Positions 50,579 to 64,000 are shown, counted from the stretch's first letter. The stretch: 64,000 bases of DNA from Octopus vulgaris (GCA_951406725.2 OX597817.1:124744001-124808000), one strand, 5' to 3'. Notes: generated by a model not told the origin, from the sequence alone. Numbers and translations: made by a program.

Positions 50579-52199
50579 TATATATATTTATATATAACTT
50601 TTACAATTTTTACATCAGTGATATGAAAAATGGTGATCATGAAGCAAAAGACCGGCCTTCAACAACATATGGTGTCTCTAAGATGGGAAAAACTGCTATG
50701 TCCATAATTCAACAGAAAGTTCTTGATAGTGAAGGAAAAGAAGATATCGTTGTTAATGCGGTAATTATCAATTTCATTTTTTTATATTTCATTTAATGCA
50801 TTTTTATTTATTATCCATGTGTGCTTAAGTGAAAGCAGGATATTGTAGTCACTCATATTGTCTGTGTTAGCACACCAAATTTAGCAGAAATACTCATTGG
50901 TTGAGTGGCTTAAACTGATGAAAATTTGGTTTGATTATCATCAAAACTAGCAGACAGGTGAATCAAAACGTTTTGACTGGGCAGATTTTTTGTGAAAGAA
51001 TTCATGTACACAGGATATGCATCGTTTTGGCATGTTCTCAGCACAAGAATCTATTATTAGCACATAAAAACATATATTATGTCTATTAAATACTTTTTCT
51101 TTCTCCATAGGGAGTACTTTTTTGTTGATCTTATCATCATGGAATAGTACGCAATATATATATATATATATCATTTGATTTTACCCTCATTTGCATGTGT
51201 ATAGATCATATCATACCTATGCATGTAGACACATGTTTATACATACATACATACATACATACATACATACATACATAAATATATATATAGAGAGATATGC
51301 AACTCTTTATGTGTGTACAGTGATGGATTTGAGGGTTCCGTTTATTTATGAGTTGATTTTTTAATTTCACCAGAGTATACCTATAACAGTGATATTTAAA
51401 GAAAAAAAAATTTTATTAAAAAAAATCAAACTTACAAATTTTCTGTTAAGTAGTCATATTATTTATATCCCACAACAAACTATGGTATGTTTGATTCACC
51501 TACCATCATTGAAAGACGTTGAAAACACTTCTCAAATTCTATGCAATATTTTCTATAAGTATTTCATTTTCTTCACTTTCTATTTCATAATCATGATTAT
51601 TATTTGAATAATCATTCATTTAGTCATATGCAAATTTTACTCATTTGTGCTTGGTGTAGACATCGATCAAGTCTATTTTCAGCTATCATCTACTTAGGCT
51701 TCTAATCTGCTTCTAGTCAAACACTTACAAAATTTAATTCACTCCAATAAAAAAGCATGGATAAGCAATGCAGTGTAAGCCACACTGTAATTTGCAAAAA
51801 ACTTTATCTGCACACAGGATATGCATCGACCCTATGATGCCTATTATTTTTCGTTTATTTTTCAGTTGCTGGTTCTAGTTGAAGGCTTATGATCTTCACA
51901 AGTTGTCCAAGACCAAGGAAATCAATTAAGCTGTTGAAAGCCAACACCTCTAGGAAAGACATTCCAGGGAAAGAAGAACTAGATGTAATGGTTTGTGTGG
52001 GGCCTTAGCATTGGATGAAAGAAAGCATGAGAGATGAGAGGAAGAGAGATAAGTCAGGTGGATTTGAGTGGTCTGTGTATGAGATCAGCTACTACTGAGG
52101 ATAAGAGTAATTTTAGTAGCAATATAAAAAGGTAGAGATAGGAAAATGTACTCTTGTGGGTTAGGGGCTGGTGCATATCTGTCAGTGATATTTTATACC

Positions 52200-53008
52200 T
52201 ACACACGCATACACCCACATACAGTCACATGCACACACATATATACACTCGCATACACATACACACACACGCACACGCAGATGAACCTACACATACCTCC
52301 CATACACACACAATACACGCTCATACATACACGCACACAATTATGCATACATGGACACATACACGCACATTCAAGCACACACACTCACACACATACACAC
52401 ACAGAGTAACGTACATATACTCCACAGACACAACCCAACACACAACCTCATACATACACATATAAACAGACACACACTGCACACAAACCACACAAACAAC
52501 TTCTACATACACATACTTCAAACTACCAGTTAAACACCTTTCTACTGACCATTCTCCTACGCACATGTGTAAGGAGGCACACAACAGACAGCCACTCCTA
52601 CCAAAATTCTTACTATAAATTCTTCCTATGACCTTAAGCGACACTAAGTCCAAACACACACACATAAACAGCCATAACCACACACACACACACATCGCTC
52701 ATACACGTGCTATCATTACACACATACACACACAGACCTGCGTGTACGCACATACCCACACATACACACATATACCTCCTTCTCTTGCATTCGCTTGTTT
52801 TAGGAAGAACTTTTTCTTCACCCATTCCCTTCCGGTCATTTTAATATGTGACTGCATGTGTATCGTCGGCGATTTTCTTTCTCTGCCTTCCCTTCTTTAA
52901 ACTTTTTCTATATTTCCGATGAAGAGCTCTGCTCGAAACATGATATCCTCTTTCTTTTCTTTCATTTCCTGAGCGTCCAATAACACAGTACTTGTTCCAC
53001 ATCCTCGT
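52200..53008 (+). mobile_element. (CA)-rich tract with a Penelope-like 3' remnant and degenerate minimal hammerhead (~52915-52945)
   Basis: CCGATGA-A-GAGC-TCT-GCTC-GAAAC, followed by CTGAGCGTCCAATAACAC. Confidence 0.55.
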
Positions 53009-53234
53009 GGACAGACTCTGTGTGTGTGTGAGAGGCAGAGAGGGCATGGCTGTAAAGGTTTCACCTGTATGTGTGCAGGAAGGCAAGTAAAGGAGAGCGG
53101 AGGATCCTGCAGCAGGTAGTGATCAGGGGTAGGGAAGGGGGGTATATGGGTGGTGGGGAAGTTTTGACATGGGACAGACTCTGCGTGTGTGTGTGAGGCA
53201 GAGAGGGCATGGCTGTAAAGGTTTCACCTGTATG
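53009..53234. repeat. ~63-bp direct repeat pair (53009-53071, 53172-53234)
   Basis: GGACAGACTCTG...GGCAGAGAGGGCATGGCTGTAAAGGTTTCACCTGTATG occurs twice. Confidence 0.9.
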
Positions 53235-53345
53235 ACCACAATTTTACTTAGCTTGATGTGTTTTCTCAAATGCAGCAAATTGCCAAGATGTTCCAGATAC
53301 TTGACATCCCCTCTGTGAGGTTTAACATCTGAAGCCTGTCATATA

Positions 53346-53415
<70 letters not shown>

Positions 53416-53585
53416 ACAGGCTTCTTTCAGTTTCCATCTTATAAAACCACTCACAAGGCTTAGTCAGGTTGGGGCTATTGTAGAAGACACTGACACAGAG
53501 TGTCATACACTGTGATTGAGCCTAAAATCATGTGCTTCAAACGCAAACTTCTGAACTATATGTACCTGCTTTTAATACAGCCATA

Positions 53586-53979
53586 CACTCTTATACTCTT
53601 TTACTTGTTTCAGTCATTTGACTGTGGCCATGCTGGAGCACCGCCTTTTTTAGTCGAGCAAATCGACCCCAGGACTTATTTTTTGTAAGCCTAGTACTTA
53701 TTCTATCGGTCTCTTTTGCCAAACCGCTAAGTAACGGGGACATAAACACACCAGCATTGGTTGTCAAGCAATGTAGGGGGGACAAACACAGACACACAAA
53801 TACACACACACACATATATATATACATATATACGACGGGCTTCTTTCAGTTTCCATCTACCAAATCCACTCACAAGGCTTTGGTCAGCCTGAGGCTATAG
53901 TAGAAGACACTTGCCCAAGGTGCCACGCAGTGGGACTGAACCCGGAACCGTGTGGTTGGTAAGCAAGCTACTTACCACA
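53586..53979 (-). mobile_element. SINE family A
   Basis: Reverse complement of the consensus; an older copy is adjacent at ~53410-53570. Confidence 0.9.
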
Positions 53980-54319
53980 TATTACTATAGAATTTATACA
54001 TCATTTGTATATTCTGTTTTTAATTACAAATCTTAAACTCGAATTATATGTTATATTTTTAAGTGGTTTCTTCAGCTGTTCTTTATAAACAGTGATGACA
54101 TCTAAAATGCCTTCATTTCTCTTCTTGCATATTTTGTAAATGGAAAATTATATTTACTTAAATTATCATATTAAATTATTTTAAATCATGTATGTTACTT
54201 CCAATTATTAAAAATATGCTCTGAAGATATACATCTAAAAGAAAATTTTAACTTATAATTTGTAGTTACCAGAAAGGTATTAAGGTTATTGCTCAAAATA
54301 TGAAGAAAAATTGATTTCA

Positions 54320-54745
54320 AATTTTGGCACAAGGCCAGCAACTTCAGGAGAGGGTACAAATTGATTACATCAATCCTTTTTAATCAACCCTTATTTTATC
54401 GACCCCAAAAGGATGAAAGGCAAAGCCAACCTCAGTGGAATTTGAACTCAGAATGTAAAACGTTTTACCCAGAGTCCTAAAAATTATGAAGAAATATTAA
54501 AGGCTCAGTACTTATAATGCTTAAATTTAAGGTGGTGAGCTGGCAGAATCGTTAGCACACTGGACAAAATGCTTAGTGTTATTTCGCCTGTTGCTATTTT
54601 CTGAGTTCAAATTCTGCCTAGGTCAACTCTGCCTTTCATCCTTATGGGGTCAATAAATTAAATGCCACTTGTGTATTGGGGTCGATCTAATCGACTACAC
54701 CTTCCCCTAAAAGTACAGGCTTTGTGCCTATAGTAGAAAGGGTAT
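54320..54745. mobile_element. Two opposed SINE family B copies (~54320-54460 minus, 54528-54745 plus)
   Basis: They share the CTGAGTTCAAATTC...GCCTTTCATCC core in opposite orientations. Confidence 0.75.
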
Positions 54746-54879
54746 AATTCTTAACTTTTATGACATTTTTTTTTCTAATAAAACAATTTTATAGAATTTT
54801 ATATTTTTTCTTTTAAATACGTTTTTCTGTATCCATAGAATAGATGAAGGTTTTTGGCTTTTGAGGGAAAATTATTTGT

Positions 54880-56620
54880 TCAGTTGGATGCTTGCCTTTA
54901 TTGTTAACCATTGAATTATGAAAGCTGAAATGAAGTCAGCTTTTTGTTTAGTGAAGAAAGCAGAGTTATATGCTTTGCTGGAAAGGTGGGTGTAATACAA
55001 ACAATAGTTATTATAAGAAGTAGTTTTTATCAATTACATTTCAGAAAACATTACAAACGACGATTTTCTTTTAATAAGATTTGTAGAAATGTTAATTCTT
55101 TCAAATGTCAAGAAGGCTCCCTGGAAGTGGTTGATAGTGTCTATTCTCTAAGTGACTAAATCAGCTGTGAAGGTGGGTAATTTGAAAGCAAAATACCCTC
55201 AGTAAGGATGAGATAGAAGTTCAGTGAGCCATTAACTTTACTAGTAATAAAAGGAGTCTTCCTTTTAGTGAAGGAGAAATTACATGATGCATTCGTATGA
55301 ACACTCAAAATGTCAGAAATCTAGAAATAAATGTGAAAGTAATGTTCAGTTGGATGGGTAATGTTAATGTGCAGGAATGGCTAAGGACAAATGAACTGAG
55401 AGAAGAACTAGGCATAAGAGGAATCAAAAGTAGTGCACAAGAAATAAAACTGTACAGGTAAGGACATGCAATGTGTATGAAGGATTGTTTAAAGATTTGT
55501 CTAATGATATTGAATATTTTCATTGACTATTTCTGATGACTCCGCTACTTCCTTTGCCCTCAAATTCTCGAAGGCCATTTTGACCATGTAGCTATCAACT
55601 TCAGTAGATATCCCTCTGTTGGGTTTAGCTTAGGTTACCCTTTTCACTCCCAAACGTTTACCTCATTCAACTACTCTTCATAGCAACATTCACATGCCAT
55701 TTTTTTTATTTAGCTTCAATAAGAGCAAGTGTGCTGGTATCCTTAAGGAGTGGCTGTGTGGTAAGTTGCTTGCTTACCAAGCACATGGTTCCGGGTTCAT
55801 TCCCACTGTGTGGCACCTTGGACAAGTGTCTTCTACTATAGCCTCGGGCTGACCAAAGCCTTGTGAGTGGATTTGGTAGACGGAAACTAAAAGAAGCCTG
55901 TCATATGTATGTATATATATATGTGTGTGTATATGTTTGTGTGACTGTGTTTGTCCCCTCAACATTGACTACCGATGCTGGTATGTTTACATACCCATAA
56001 CTTAGCGGTTTGGCAAAAGAGACTGTTAGAATAAGTACTAGGCTTACAAAGAATAAGTCCTGGGGTCGATTTGCTTGACTAAAGGCGGTGCTCCAGTATG
56101 ACCATAGTCAAATGACTGAAACCAGTAAGAGAGAGTAAAAGAGTATAACTAACAATATCCCAATTCATACTGAAAAACTGCTTTGCAATTTCACTTTACT
56201 CCTTTGATCCTCATGCTGCAGATTATTGGTAAACCTCTTACTTTCAGCCTTTTTCTTGTTAAGTATAACTGCCATCTAACTTTTCCTCTAGCTACCTTGT
56301 ATTCTTCCTTGCTCCCATTTTTCTTAAATTCTTTCTTGGCTTGCCTCTAGCTTATATGTCTCTATCAAGTACACCAATTCCCAAATCAACTGATCAGGTC
56401 TGTTGCTAGCAGCAAGCTGGAGCATAGAAACTCCCAGTTGTCTTCAGTCTTATAGTTCTGTTTATTCCTTCTCAACATCTGTCGCCTAATACTTCTTTCA
56501 ACCTGTTTCTGGTCAAAGTATCTTTCGGTTTCCCATACTTCATTTTCCTGATTGCTTTGAGTTTCTGGCTGAGTGTAGTTCTTATTCTGATGTTATTAAT
56601 TACTTGTCTATTGTTATAAA
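54880..56620. mobile_element. Highly decayed LINE (RTE-like) ORF2 remnants, interrupted by a family A SINE
   Basis: The peptide SLEVVDSVYSLSD resembles the post-RT LExVxxFxYLG motif; other pieces are only weakly recognisable. Confidence 0.4.
55746..56144 (+). mobile_element. SINE family A
   Basis: Full head-to-tail match. Confidence 0.9.
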
Positions 56621-57914
56621 CCCAAACTTGAATATCAAAGTTTAAAAGGTTTTAATCGACTAAAAATACAGCAATATACAATACAAACAAAGATTGCTAA
56701 ATTGTAAGCAAAACAAAACTTCAATGCAATAACATTTCTTATGTAGCGAGTTGCTACATTCTAGACTAACTAAAATTAGCACTGAACATGTTGTCTGCAA
56801 ACAGAACAGAACTCTGCAGTCACACTGCAAGCATATAACAGCAATCGAAACAATCAAAATCACGTGATCAAAACTAAAATCACAACATCTATGATAAAGA
56901 GTTCATTCTTTACTAAGGGAAAACGCAGTAATCACAACCACATGTCTTTCCTGTATCCTGGTAAGTATGAAGACTATCTGACTTACTTGCTTACCTAATT
57001 GGTTGATTTTGGGTTGTAGTTTGGTTTCTTGAAGATAGTTTTGCAAGCAGATTGTTTGTATTATAAAATCTAATAGGCTCTCTCTTCAACCCATTTGTTA
57101 TAACTGTAGCCTCCATGTAATAGGAATAGTCATTATGATGTTGCCCAACATGTTCACTTAAAATCATGAGCCATGATAATGAAGACACTGTCATCTGTCA
57201 CTGAGATGGTCCATAAAAGGTTCTCATAGAAATGGCCATTTTGTTTAACTATCAATCCTGATAATGGTGTATATGCAGAGACCAACATGTTGTCCATGAC
57301 TTGTCTAAATTTAATTATCCTGTGATATCCTATGACAACTTCAATTTATTTATCCTTCCATTTCTCTGGCTGCAATGTGGTTATTGCACCAAATTCAGCC
57401 TTGTTAGCTACCTAGAAGAATTTGTACAGATGATTCTTACCTGTGAGGAATTGACTGAAGTGCCCTCACATGTTGCTTCAGTACATATCATACGTTTCTT
57501 CATTACTGCACAAACCTGTTTACAATCTGCCCTCATAATCAGCATTGGTGTAGTTGCCCTGATATCTTGCAGCAGGCAAAGAAGAGGTATTATTGGAGCT
57601 GCTTTGGTTGTTTAGTATTTGTTTTATGCGCCTGATAGCAAGAGAGTTGGTGCAATTGTGTGATGACAGTATAAAAGTTCTTACACGTGCTCCCTTCCGT
57701 TACTGTGTAAAGTGCTTACAAAGTGTTGGCTCTTTATACACAAAATGAAATTCTTTTCTACTGATTTAATTGTTATGTTCTTGCTAGGTATCTTTCCACA
57801 GCTCTATATTCTTCCTATTTCAAATCTTTACATGGTTTGGACTGAGTGCAATTTATCATGTCACAAATTTAACATGATAGGGCTGAAGTGTTCCCTCTAC
57901 ATTTTATGCTTTTA

Positions 57915-58437
57915 TTCATTTTCTTGTTTGAGTAATTTTGACTGTGGACATGCTGAAGCACTGCCTTTTAGTGAAAGAAATTGACCCTGGACTTATTCTT
58001 TGTAAGTTTGTTACTTATTCTATCAGTCTCTTTTGCTGAACTGCTAAGTTAAGGGGATGTACACACACCAAAATCAGTTTTCAAGCAATGTTGGAGGGAC
58101 AAAAACAGGCACAAATATATACATATACATATACATGTACATATATATATACTCAGTGATTCCCAAAGTTGTATCAAAGTATCACTATCCCCTAATATAT
58201 ACATATATAAATATGTGTGTGTGTATCTGTATGAGCATATCTCTGTGTATGCATATATGTCTATGCATATATATTACAGGCGTCTTTCAGTTTCCATCTA
58301 CCAAATCCATTCACAAGGCTTTGGTCAGCTTGAGGCTATAGTAGAAGACACTCGCCCAAGGTGCCACACACAGGAAGAGAATCCAGAGCCATGTGGTTGG
58401 GAAGCAAGCTTTTTATCACACAGCCATGCCTGCACCT
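57915..58437 (-). mobile_element. SINE family A, older copy with an expanded centre
   Basis: Reverse-complement match to head and tail. Confidence 0.8.
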
Positions 58438-59731
58438 GAAAAGTATTTTCTTCATTGCTACTGCTTTACTAAATAGGTTGCTTTCGTTGAAGATTGCAAA
58501 ATCCATGTATCTTCATTTAAAGATTTTATTTGGAATAACTACTTTCCTATTCAAATGCTAGCAAGCCTGACCTCCAAGCTGGTTCACCTTCACTGCATAT
58601 GTTTGTAAAACTGAGATTGGTTTTTACAGTGTGATACTACACCACTAAATAATAATATGTATCTTCCTATCTTTCGTTTTTGGATTTGGTTTGCAAGATT
58701 CTTTATATTAGTTCGTTTGTTGAAGCATATTCTGTTGTGTCTGGGGAGAGTCATTTTCTTTTTGCGCCTTATGATGTAACACACTCACTGGTAAAATTTC
58801 CACTTATTTCTTATTTTTATTTTCTAAAATTTCCTTTGCGTCTTCCTATCTTGTTACTCATAAATGTTTTTGAGGGCTGAGAATAGATAAGATAGTAAGC
58901 AGTGAGCTCACAGATTTGTGTTGAAATCAAGCAGATCTCTAGAGCATACAAATCTATTTTTGTGTGATTTGGTAACTGTGAATTGTAAACAATGTATGAA
59001 CTTGTGAAATTATTTGAAATAGATTTTGTTCATTTTCAAAATTATGTTGTTTAGGGGTCATGAACACGCCGAGAAAATATATTCATCATGCATACATTAT
59101 GTTTTGTTATCATAATAAATACATAAATAACAAAAATAAAAAAATAAAAGTATATATTTGAAAAACACATGAATTATTTATCATTTATTAATGGAAAGGA
59201 CAAATGAAAAGAATTAAAAAGAAGAACAAAAACAAGTATTGCTAAGCCACATGTCAGCCCTGCTTCAAGATGATCTGATGAAAGTTAGTGAGATTCCGTG
59301 ATAACAAGTAGCGGGTACAAGCAATTCAAAAATAGATTACACTACGTTGCTGTGAAGAAGAGGAAATATGTAGACATGTGATTAGAGTTATTCTAAAACT
59401 GACCAACCTGCCTTTTTGGGGTACCCAGGATTATATCATCCAATTTGCCTCTTCAGTTTTAAAGAGTTTTGATGTGATTTGAGGTAGAATTCATTCTGAT
59501 TTCTAGCAAGTGGCTTGACCCTATAGAAACCTCTTCATTGGCACCCCTCCAGATATTTTGTGACAGTGTTATATTCTCTTATGAATATTGATAAGGATGA
59601 AAAAGATATGTCTCAAGATAATTGATATAAACTTCTAAACTTACTTAATGAGATGCATATTTGTACAGGAAGCGTTATTCAGTGATGCCCAAGTGTTGTA
59701 TCAAAGTAACACTACCACCTTAATACGTACT

Positions 59732-59780
<49 letters not shown>

Positions 59781-60692
59781 ATGTGTGTGAGTGTGTGTGT
59801 GTGCATGTGTCTGTATGAGCATATCTCTGTGTAAGTATATATGTGTGTGCATGTATATTTTGTATCTTCTTCTTTAGCAATCCATCGTAGGTTGACATTG
59901 ACTTTTCTTGTTCAGTATTCATCTCTGGCAGACTTGCATGTAGGCTACAAAGCCTGTTCTTCATCTGCAACACGAATGACATCTGCTGTAGGTGAAGCTG
60001 CTTGATGCAACAGAGAAGTGAAGATTCTCATGCATACTTTTGTATTCTCTCTGTTGTTTCTCCTCGTGGAGCTTCTAGGTGTTTTCGCTCAATATACACC
60101 CACAACGCCCGGTCTGGGAATCGAAACCGCGATCCTACGACCACGTGTCCGCTGCCCTAACCACTGGGTCATAAATATATATATATATATATGTATACAT
60201 ATATGTGTGTGTGTGTGTGCGTGTATGTGTGCATATAGATTAATACACTTGGTTAGGTAAATGCTGGCCAATATATTAAACCACCTCAATGCATTAATGT
60301 TAGTATCTCTAAAGAGAACTTTATGTATTCATAAATCATTAATTAATTATTTCTCTAATTAAATGATAAAAAAAATCATTCTTTCATGAGCTGGCATGAA
60401 TTCAGGTAAAATTTTGAATTACACTCTATAATGGATTATTTGAAGTGTGACAGAGATGAGTTTTTGAATGTGGATTCCATAAGATGCTCTAACCAGAATT
60501 AATTTCACTATAAAGCTTCTTAGAAGACTATACACAAACTTGTTTGTAACAAAAATATGTTCTTGTATGTTTTTGCTTTCGTCTGATTAATTTTTTTTTC
60601 AACAATGTATGATTATGTAATGTGGAAAAAAAGCTGAGTCCACTAAATGCTAATGAACTTGTCTGTTTTAATCCAGTTTTCAAGCGAACACA

Positions 60693-60718
60693 ATCATCAT
60701 CATCATCATCACCATCAT

Positions 60719-60753
<35 letters not shown>

Positions 60754-60791
60754 CTGCCATCACTACCATCACCACCATCACCACCATCACC

Positions 60792-60822
<31 letters not shown>

Positions 60823-60912
60823 CCATCATCACCATCATCACCATCATCACCACCACCACCACCACCACCATCATTATCATCATCATCATCGTCGTCGTCC
60901 TCGTCGTCGTCA
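60693..60912. repeat. (CAT)/(CAC)/(CGT) trinucleotide microsatellite
   Basis: Read directly; source of the poly-H, -D, -S and -M ORFs. Confidence 0.95.
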
Positions 60913-61164
60913 TTCTCTTCCCTTTCTCTCTCTATGACTCTCTCCACTTTCATACTGTGCATTCTCTGTCTGTGACAGTTCCACTAATCCAGAGAAAGAG
61001 AAAACAAGAAGAAAAGAAAGAAAGAATTATTGATACTACTATTTCATTTCAAGATTCTACTTCTCTATAGTTTCTCTCTAGCTATTTGAAACAATCCAGC
61101 TGCTAGTTTGTTTTACAAAATACTATACAGATCTTCCCTATGAGGTGGTGGATAACAGTATATA

Positions 61165-61490
61165 TATAATAATAATAATGAAATTATTGTATACAGTGCT
61201 CAGGTGCACCACAGTGCTCAGGTGCACCACAGTGCTCAGGTGATGTCAAAAGTGCATATAAAGCATATGCAGTAATGTATAAATGCCTGGAAAGTGAACA
61301 GTATATGAGTCAGATAGATGCTTGCCTGTGTATGGAGGGGAGAAAATCAGGTGTAGTGTTGGCGAATCTCAGAAAGCCTGGAAGTTTTGAAGGATGCAGT
61401 GCTCTGACAATTACCAAATGATGTCGGCAGTTTTTTCCATACTTCAACAACTCTTAGCATGAAAACATGTTTCCGAAAGTCATGTATGCT
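61165..61490 (-). mobile_element. CR1-like LINE 3' end
   Basis: Minus-strand DFRKHVFMLRVVEVWKKLP...SFKT (resembles RxxFFxxRVVxxWNxLP) and an (ATT)n tail. Contains an 18-bp tandem repeat ACAGTGCTCAGGTGCACC at ~61193-61242. Confidence 0.7.
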
Positions 61491-62926
61491 TTTCATGGTG
61501 TACATCTTGTAGATTCAGAAACCAAAACATATATACAGAAAATTGATATTTATATAGAGATATATAGGAACAATGCAAATCTTGGAAATATTTGATTGTA
61601 AGATCATTTACAAATGTTAACAGCTAGGTGGCTCGATTTCAGGATGAGAATCAATAGAAATGGAATTCTTCTTCATATACTTTTATTGAAAATATATTAA
61701 GAAATTATGAAATAAAATTCCAACACCATGTCATTTTCCTCCATTAAATATATCAAACAGATAAAGTCTTGATTTGTAAGAAACAGCAGCTAAATCTATC
61801 TAAAATGGCAATGTAATGCCTTGTGAAAGAAAGTATACATTGAGTTTCATAAACACGTAGTTATATACATGTTTGATAAAATAAGAGATGATAGTTACAA
61901 TGGGAATACTATTAATCATAGGTAGCTCTATTAAAACTGTAATAAAGCTAAAGAGCAATGACATAGCAATGAGCCAATGTAGCAGTCAATATGCAGTGAC
62001 TTATTATGCTAGAAAGAGCAGCCAAATTTATCTAAAACCATAATTTAGTATCTTAGAAAAACTGTAAAATTTGGTGATGTAGTCCTAACTCTACCAAAAA
62101 AATGACTAAATGGTCATCACTATAATAGCAGTCAACTTAATCAAGCCTGGTCTAGGACTAAACAGCAACAATATACAGCATAACAAAGGTAACAAGGAGC
62201 ATGCATTATTAAAATATGAAGCAATAGAAAATAACATAGCCATCAAAGATTTTCCAGATCTCAATTGCTACATGAAAAACTTACAATTTTATTAATATTT
62301 ACATTTTTTATGTGGTTATTGACAGAGAAAGTTGCAAGGTCTTTTGAAGACTGTAGATTAAATTTAATTAATTATGCTATCTGTAAAAAGAAAAAAGAAT
62401 GATCTGAACAAATAGTCAGCTAGAGGAAAATATGTTAGCTAAGAAAAACATAGTCAATGCTAAAATGTATTTTGTTAGTTCTTATGTTGAAAAGTTAAAT
62501 TATACAATTTGCTTGTTGTATTCTATATCATTGAATTATAATTCTGAATGAGTGTTAATTTTATTCATTAACCATCTGCGACAAGTGTTATGAAGTAAAG
62601 AGAAAGCTCTTATAGTGAGTCATAATGACTATGTACAGTAGGCAGATCTTGGTTAAAGACAAATTAATTTACATGGCTAGTAATAGCAACTAGATGATGC
62701 AGTCTTTGAATGATCATTAAAAATATTCAGCTTCAGTCAAAGTAAAAATATTATCATTTCAGGAAAAGCTCTCAACTTGTTTTATTGAGTTTGATGCAAA
62801 GTATCAGCTGTCTACAGCCATCAGACTAAGGTGGCATTTATTTACTGATCATGCTTCAAGAACTCTGCAGAGAACTCTTGCAGTTCCTAGCAATGGTGGT
62901 TTTTGTAGGTGTTCTATCTTTACATT

Positions 62927-63314
62927 GTGGAGGGGCAATGGCCCAGTGGTTAGGGCAGCGGACTCGCGGTCATAAGATCGCGGTTTTGATTCCCAGACCG
63001 GGCGTTGTGAGTGTTTATTGAGCAAAAACACCTAAAGCTCCACAAGGCTCCGGCAGGGGATGGTGGTGATCCCTGCTGTACTCTTTCACCACAACTTTCT
63101 CTCACTCTTACTTCCTGTTTCTGTTGTACCTGTATTTCAAAGGGCTGGCCTTGTTACTCTCTGTGTCACGCTGAATATCCCTGAGAACTACGTTAAGGGT
63201 ACACGTGTCTGTGGAGTGCTCAGCCACTTACGCGTTAATTTCACGAGCAGGCTGTTCCGTTGATTCGGATCAACCGGAACCCTCGTCGTCATAACCGACG
63301 GAGTGCTTCCACCA
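62927..63314 (+). mobile_element. SINE family C, tail variant 2, full length
   Basis: A-box TGGCCCAGTGG, B-box-like GGTTTTGATTCC; 13-bp TSD CTATCTTTACATT at 62914-62926 and 63315-63327. Confidence 0.92.
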
Positions 63315-63359
63315 CTATCTTTACATTTATACCAATCTTGTTAAGCTGCATTGGTAGTT

Positions 63360-64000
63360 GAGTACTGATACTCCCAAGCATGCCAATTAATATTGGTATC
63401 ACATCCACTCACTTCATTGCTCCCAACCTGCTTATTTCCCACTTCAGATCATCATAGGTGTCCAGTTTTTCTTCTTTCTCTTTGATCTTGTTGACACTGA
63501 GACATGCTATGTCGATTATAATGCAAGATTTTTCTTTTTTGTTCACCACAATGTCAGGTTTCTGATGTCTGATCTAAATGGTCACACTGAATCATTGCAT
63601 CCCACAACATTTTGCAGCCTTCATTCTTGGTAATTCTTCTGGGATTTGGTCATACCACATCTTTGTTCTTTGAAGGCCATGACTTTCTCCAGAGCTCCCA
63701 ATGGATCATTCTTGTCACATCGTCATGTGATTTTTTGTAATTGCTTTGTGCCAGTTCCGGGCATTTAATAACCATGTGCCATACTGTTTCACCTCTCTCA
63801 CCACATACTCTCCATTTGTCACTCTCAGTTGTTTTATCAGTTCTGCACTTCGCATAGTTTGTTCTCAATGCTTGTTCTTGTGTCTTTATCTTCATCCCTA
63901 TTGATCAACCCCATTTCTTTTTCACGATCCCTTTTGCTTGGAATTCGCCCCCACATTTTTTTCATGATCCCATTTGATCAGAATTCGCTCCCCTTTTTTT
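63360..64000 (-). mobile_element. R4/Dong-like non-LTR retrotransposon C-terminal region (CCHC plus restriction-like endonuclease), degenerate, runs off the window
   Basis: QEQALRTN...WRVCGERGETVWHMVIKCPELAQSNYKKSHDDVTRMIHWEL, then KPDIVV...IIDIAC...EEKLDTYDDL. Confidence 0.8.

Larger units (their letters stand above)
47630..50760 (+). pseudogene. CBR1: Carbonyl reductase [NADPH]-like SDR, three exons, probable pseudogene
   Basis: AG/GT-bounded exons. 47630-47704: GSNKGIGFAIVRALCKRFEGDVIAT (GxxxGxG). 49545-49724: ACDVGRGEAA...K/HQLDITD...LDILVNNAGIAYK (NNAG, +1 frameshift at ~49610-49613). 50619-50760: DMKNGDH...TYGVSKMG...DIVVNA (YxxxK). The second and third exons are phase-incompatible and the intervening exons are absent. 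The symbol is family-level only. Confidence 0.88.

Noticed and set aside
51866-51900. Polypyrimidine-CAG acceptor as the final CBR exon
   Set aside because: It translates LLVLVEGL* in the required phase, not the expected CCPGxVxTDM.
60528-60975. Poly-His, poly-Asp/Gly and poly-Ser/Pro ORFs
   Set aside because: They are translations of a (CAT/CAC)n microsatellite that is open in several frames, with no splice or domain support.
62927-63005. tRNA gene
   Set aside because: The A/B-box head continues into a SINE body with a 13-bp TSD, so it is a tRNA-derived SINE head.

Overview
AT-rich, microsatellite-dense eukaryotic DNA, not prokaryotic. The many copies of tRNA-headed SINEs with a central (TA)/(TG) tract, alongside Penelope, RTE and Tc1/mariner relics, look like an Octopus (cephalopod) genome; this is an inference and was not verified. 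The only host-gene sequence I can support is three exons of a carbonyl reductase (CBR1-like SDR) at 47.6-50.8 kb. It appears to be a pseudogene, with a frameshift and missing middle and terminal exons. The rest is transposable-element debris: mariner, Tc1, a DD37D/DD41D-like element, hAT/Buster, a piggyBac-like MITE, a Helitron, Penelope, RTE, CRE-like, R4/Dong-like and CR1-like LINE pieces, a gag-only element, and at least three SINE families. Most ORFs in the supplied track are microsatellite or SINE artefacts. The most notable observations are: (1) a mariner element in which 12 transposase codons expanded into a 1.6-kb 36/18-bp array, giving an uninterrupted 533-codon His/Met-rich antisense ORF; (2) several Penelope-type hammerhead ribozyme motifs with unusually long stem II, one inside an inverted-repeat element; (3) an in-frame fusion of a Penelope GIY-YIG fragment to a CRE-like restriction-like endonuclease; (4) a fold-back Tc1 made of two 3' halves within a multi-level nest of insertions; (5) an ORF1-only CCHC retroelement; (6) a hairpin-rich bipartite RTE derivative sitting in (ATGT)n. 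I cannot claim a new biological system with confidence. Element boundaries were read by eye and are approximate unless a TIR or TSD is cited.
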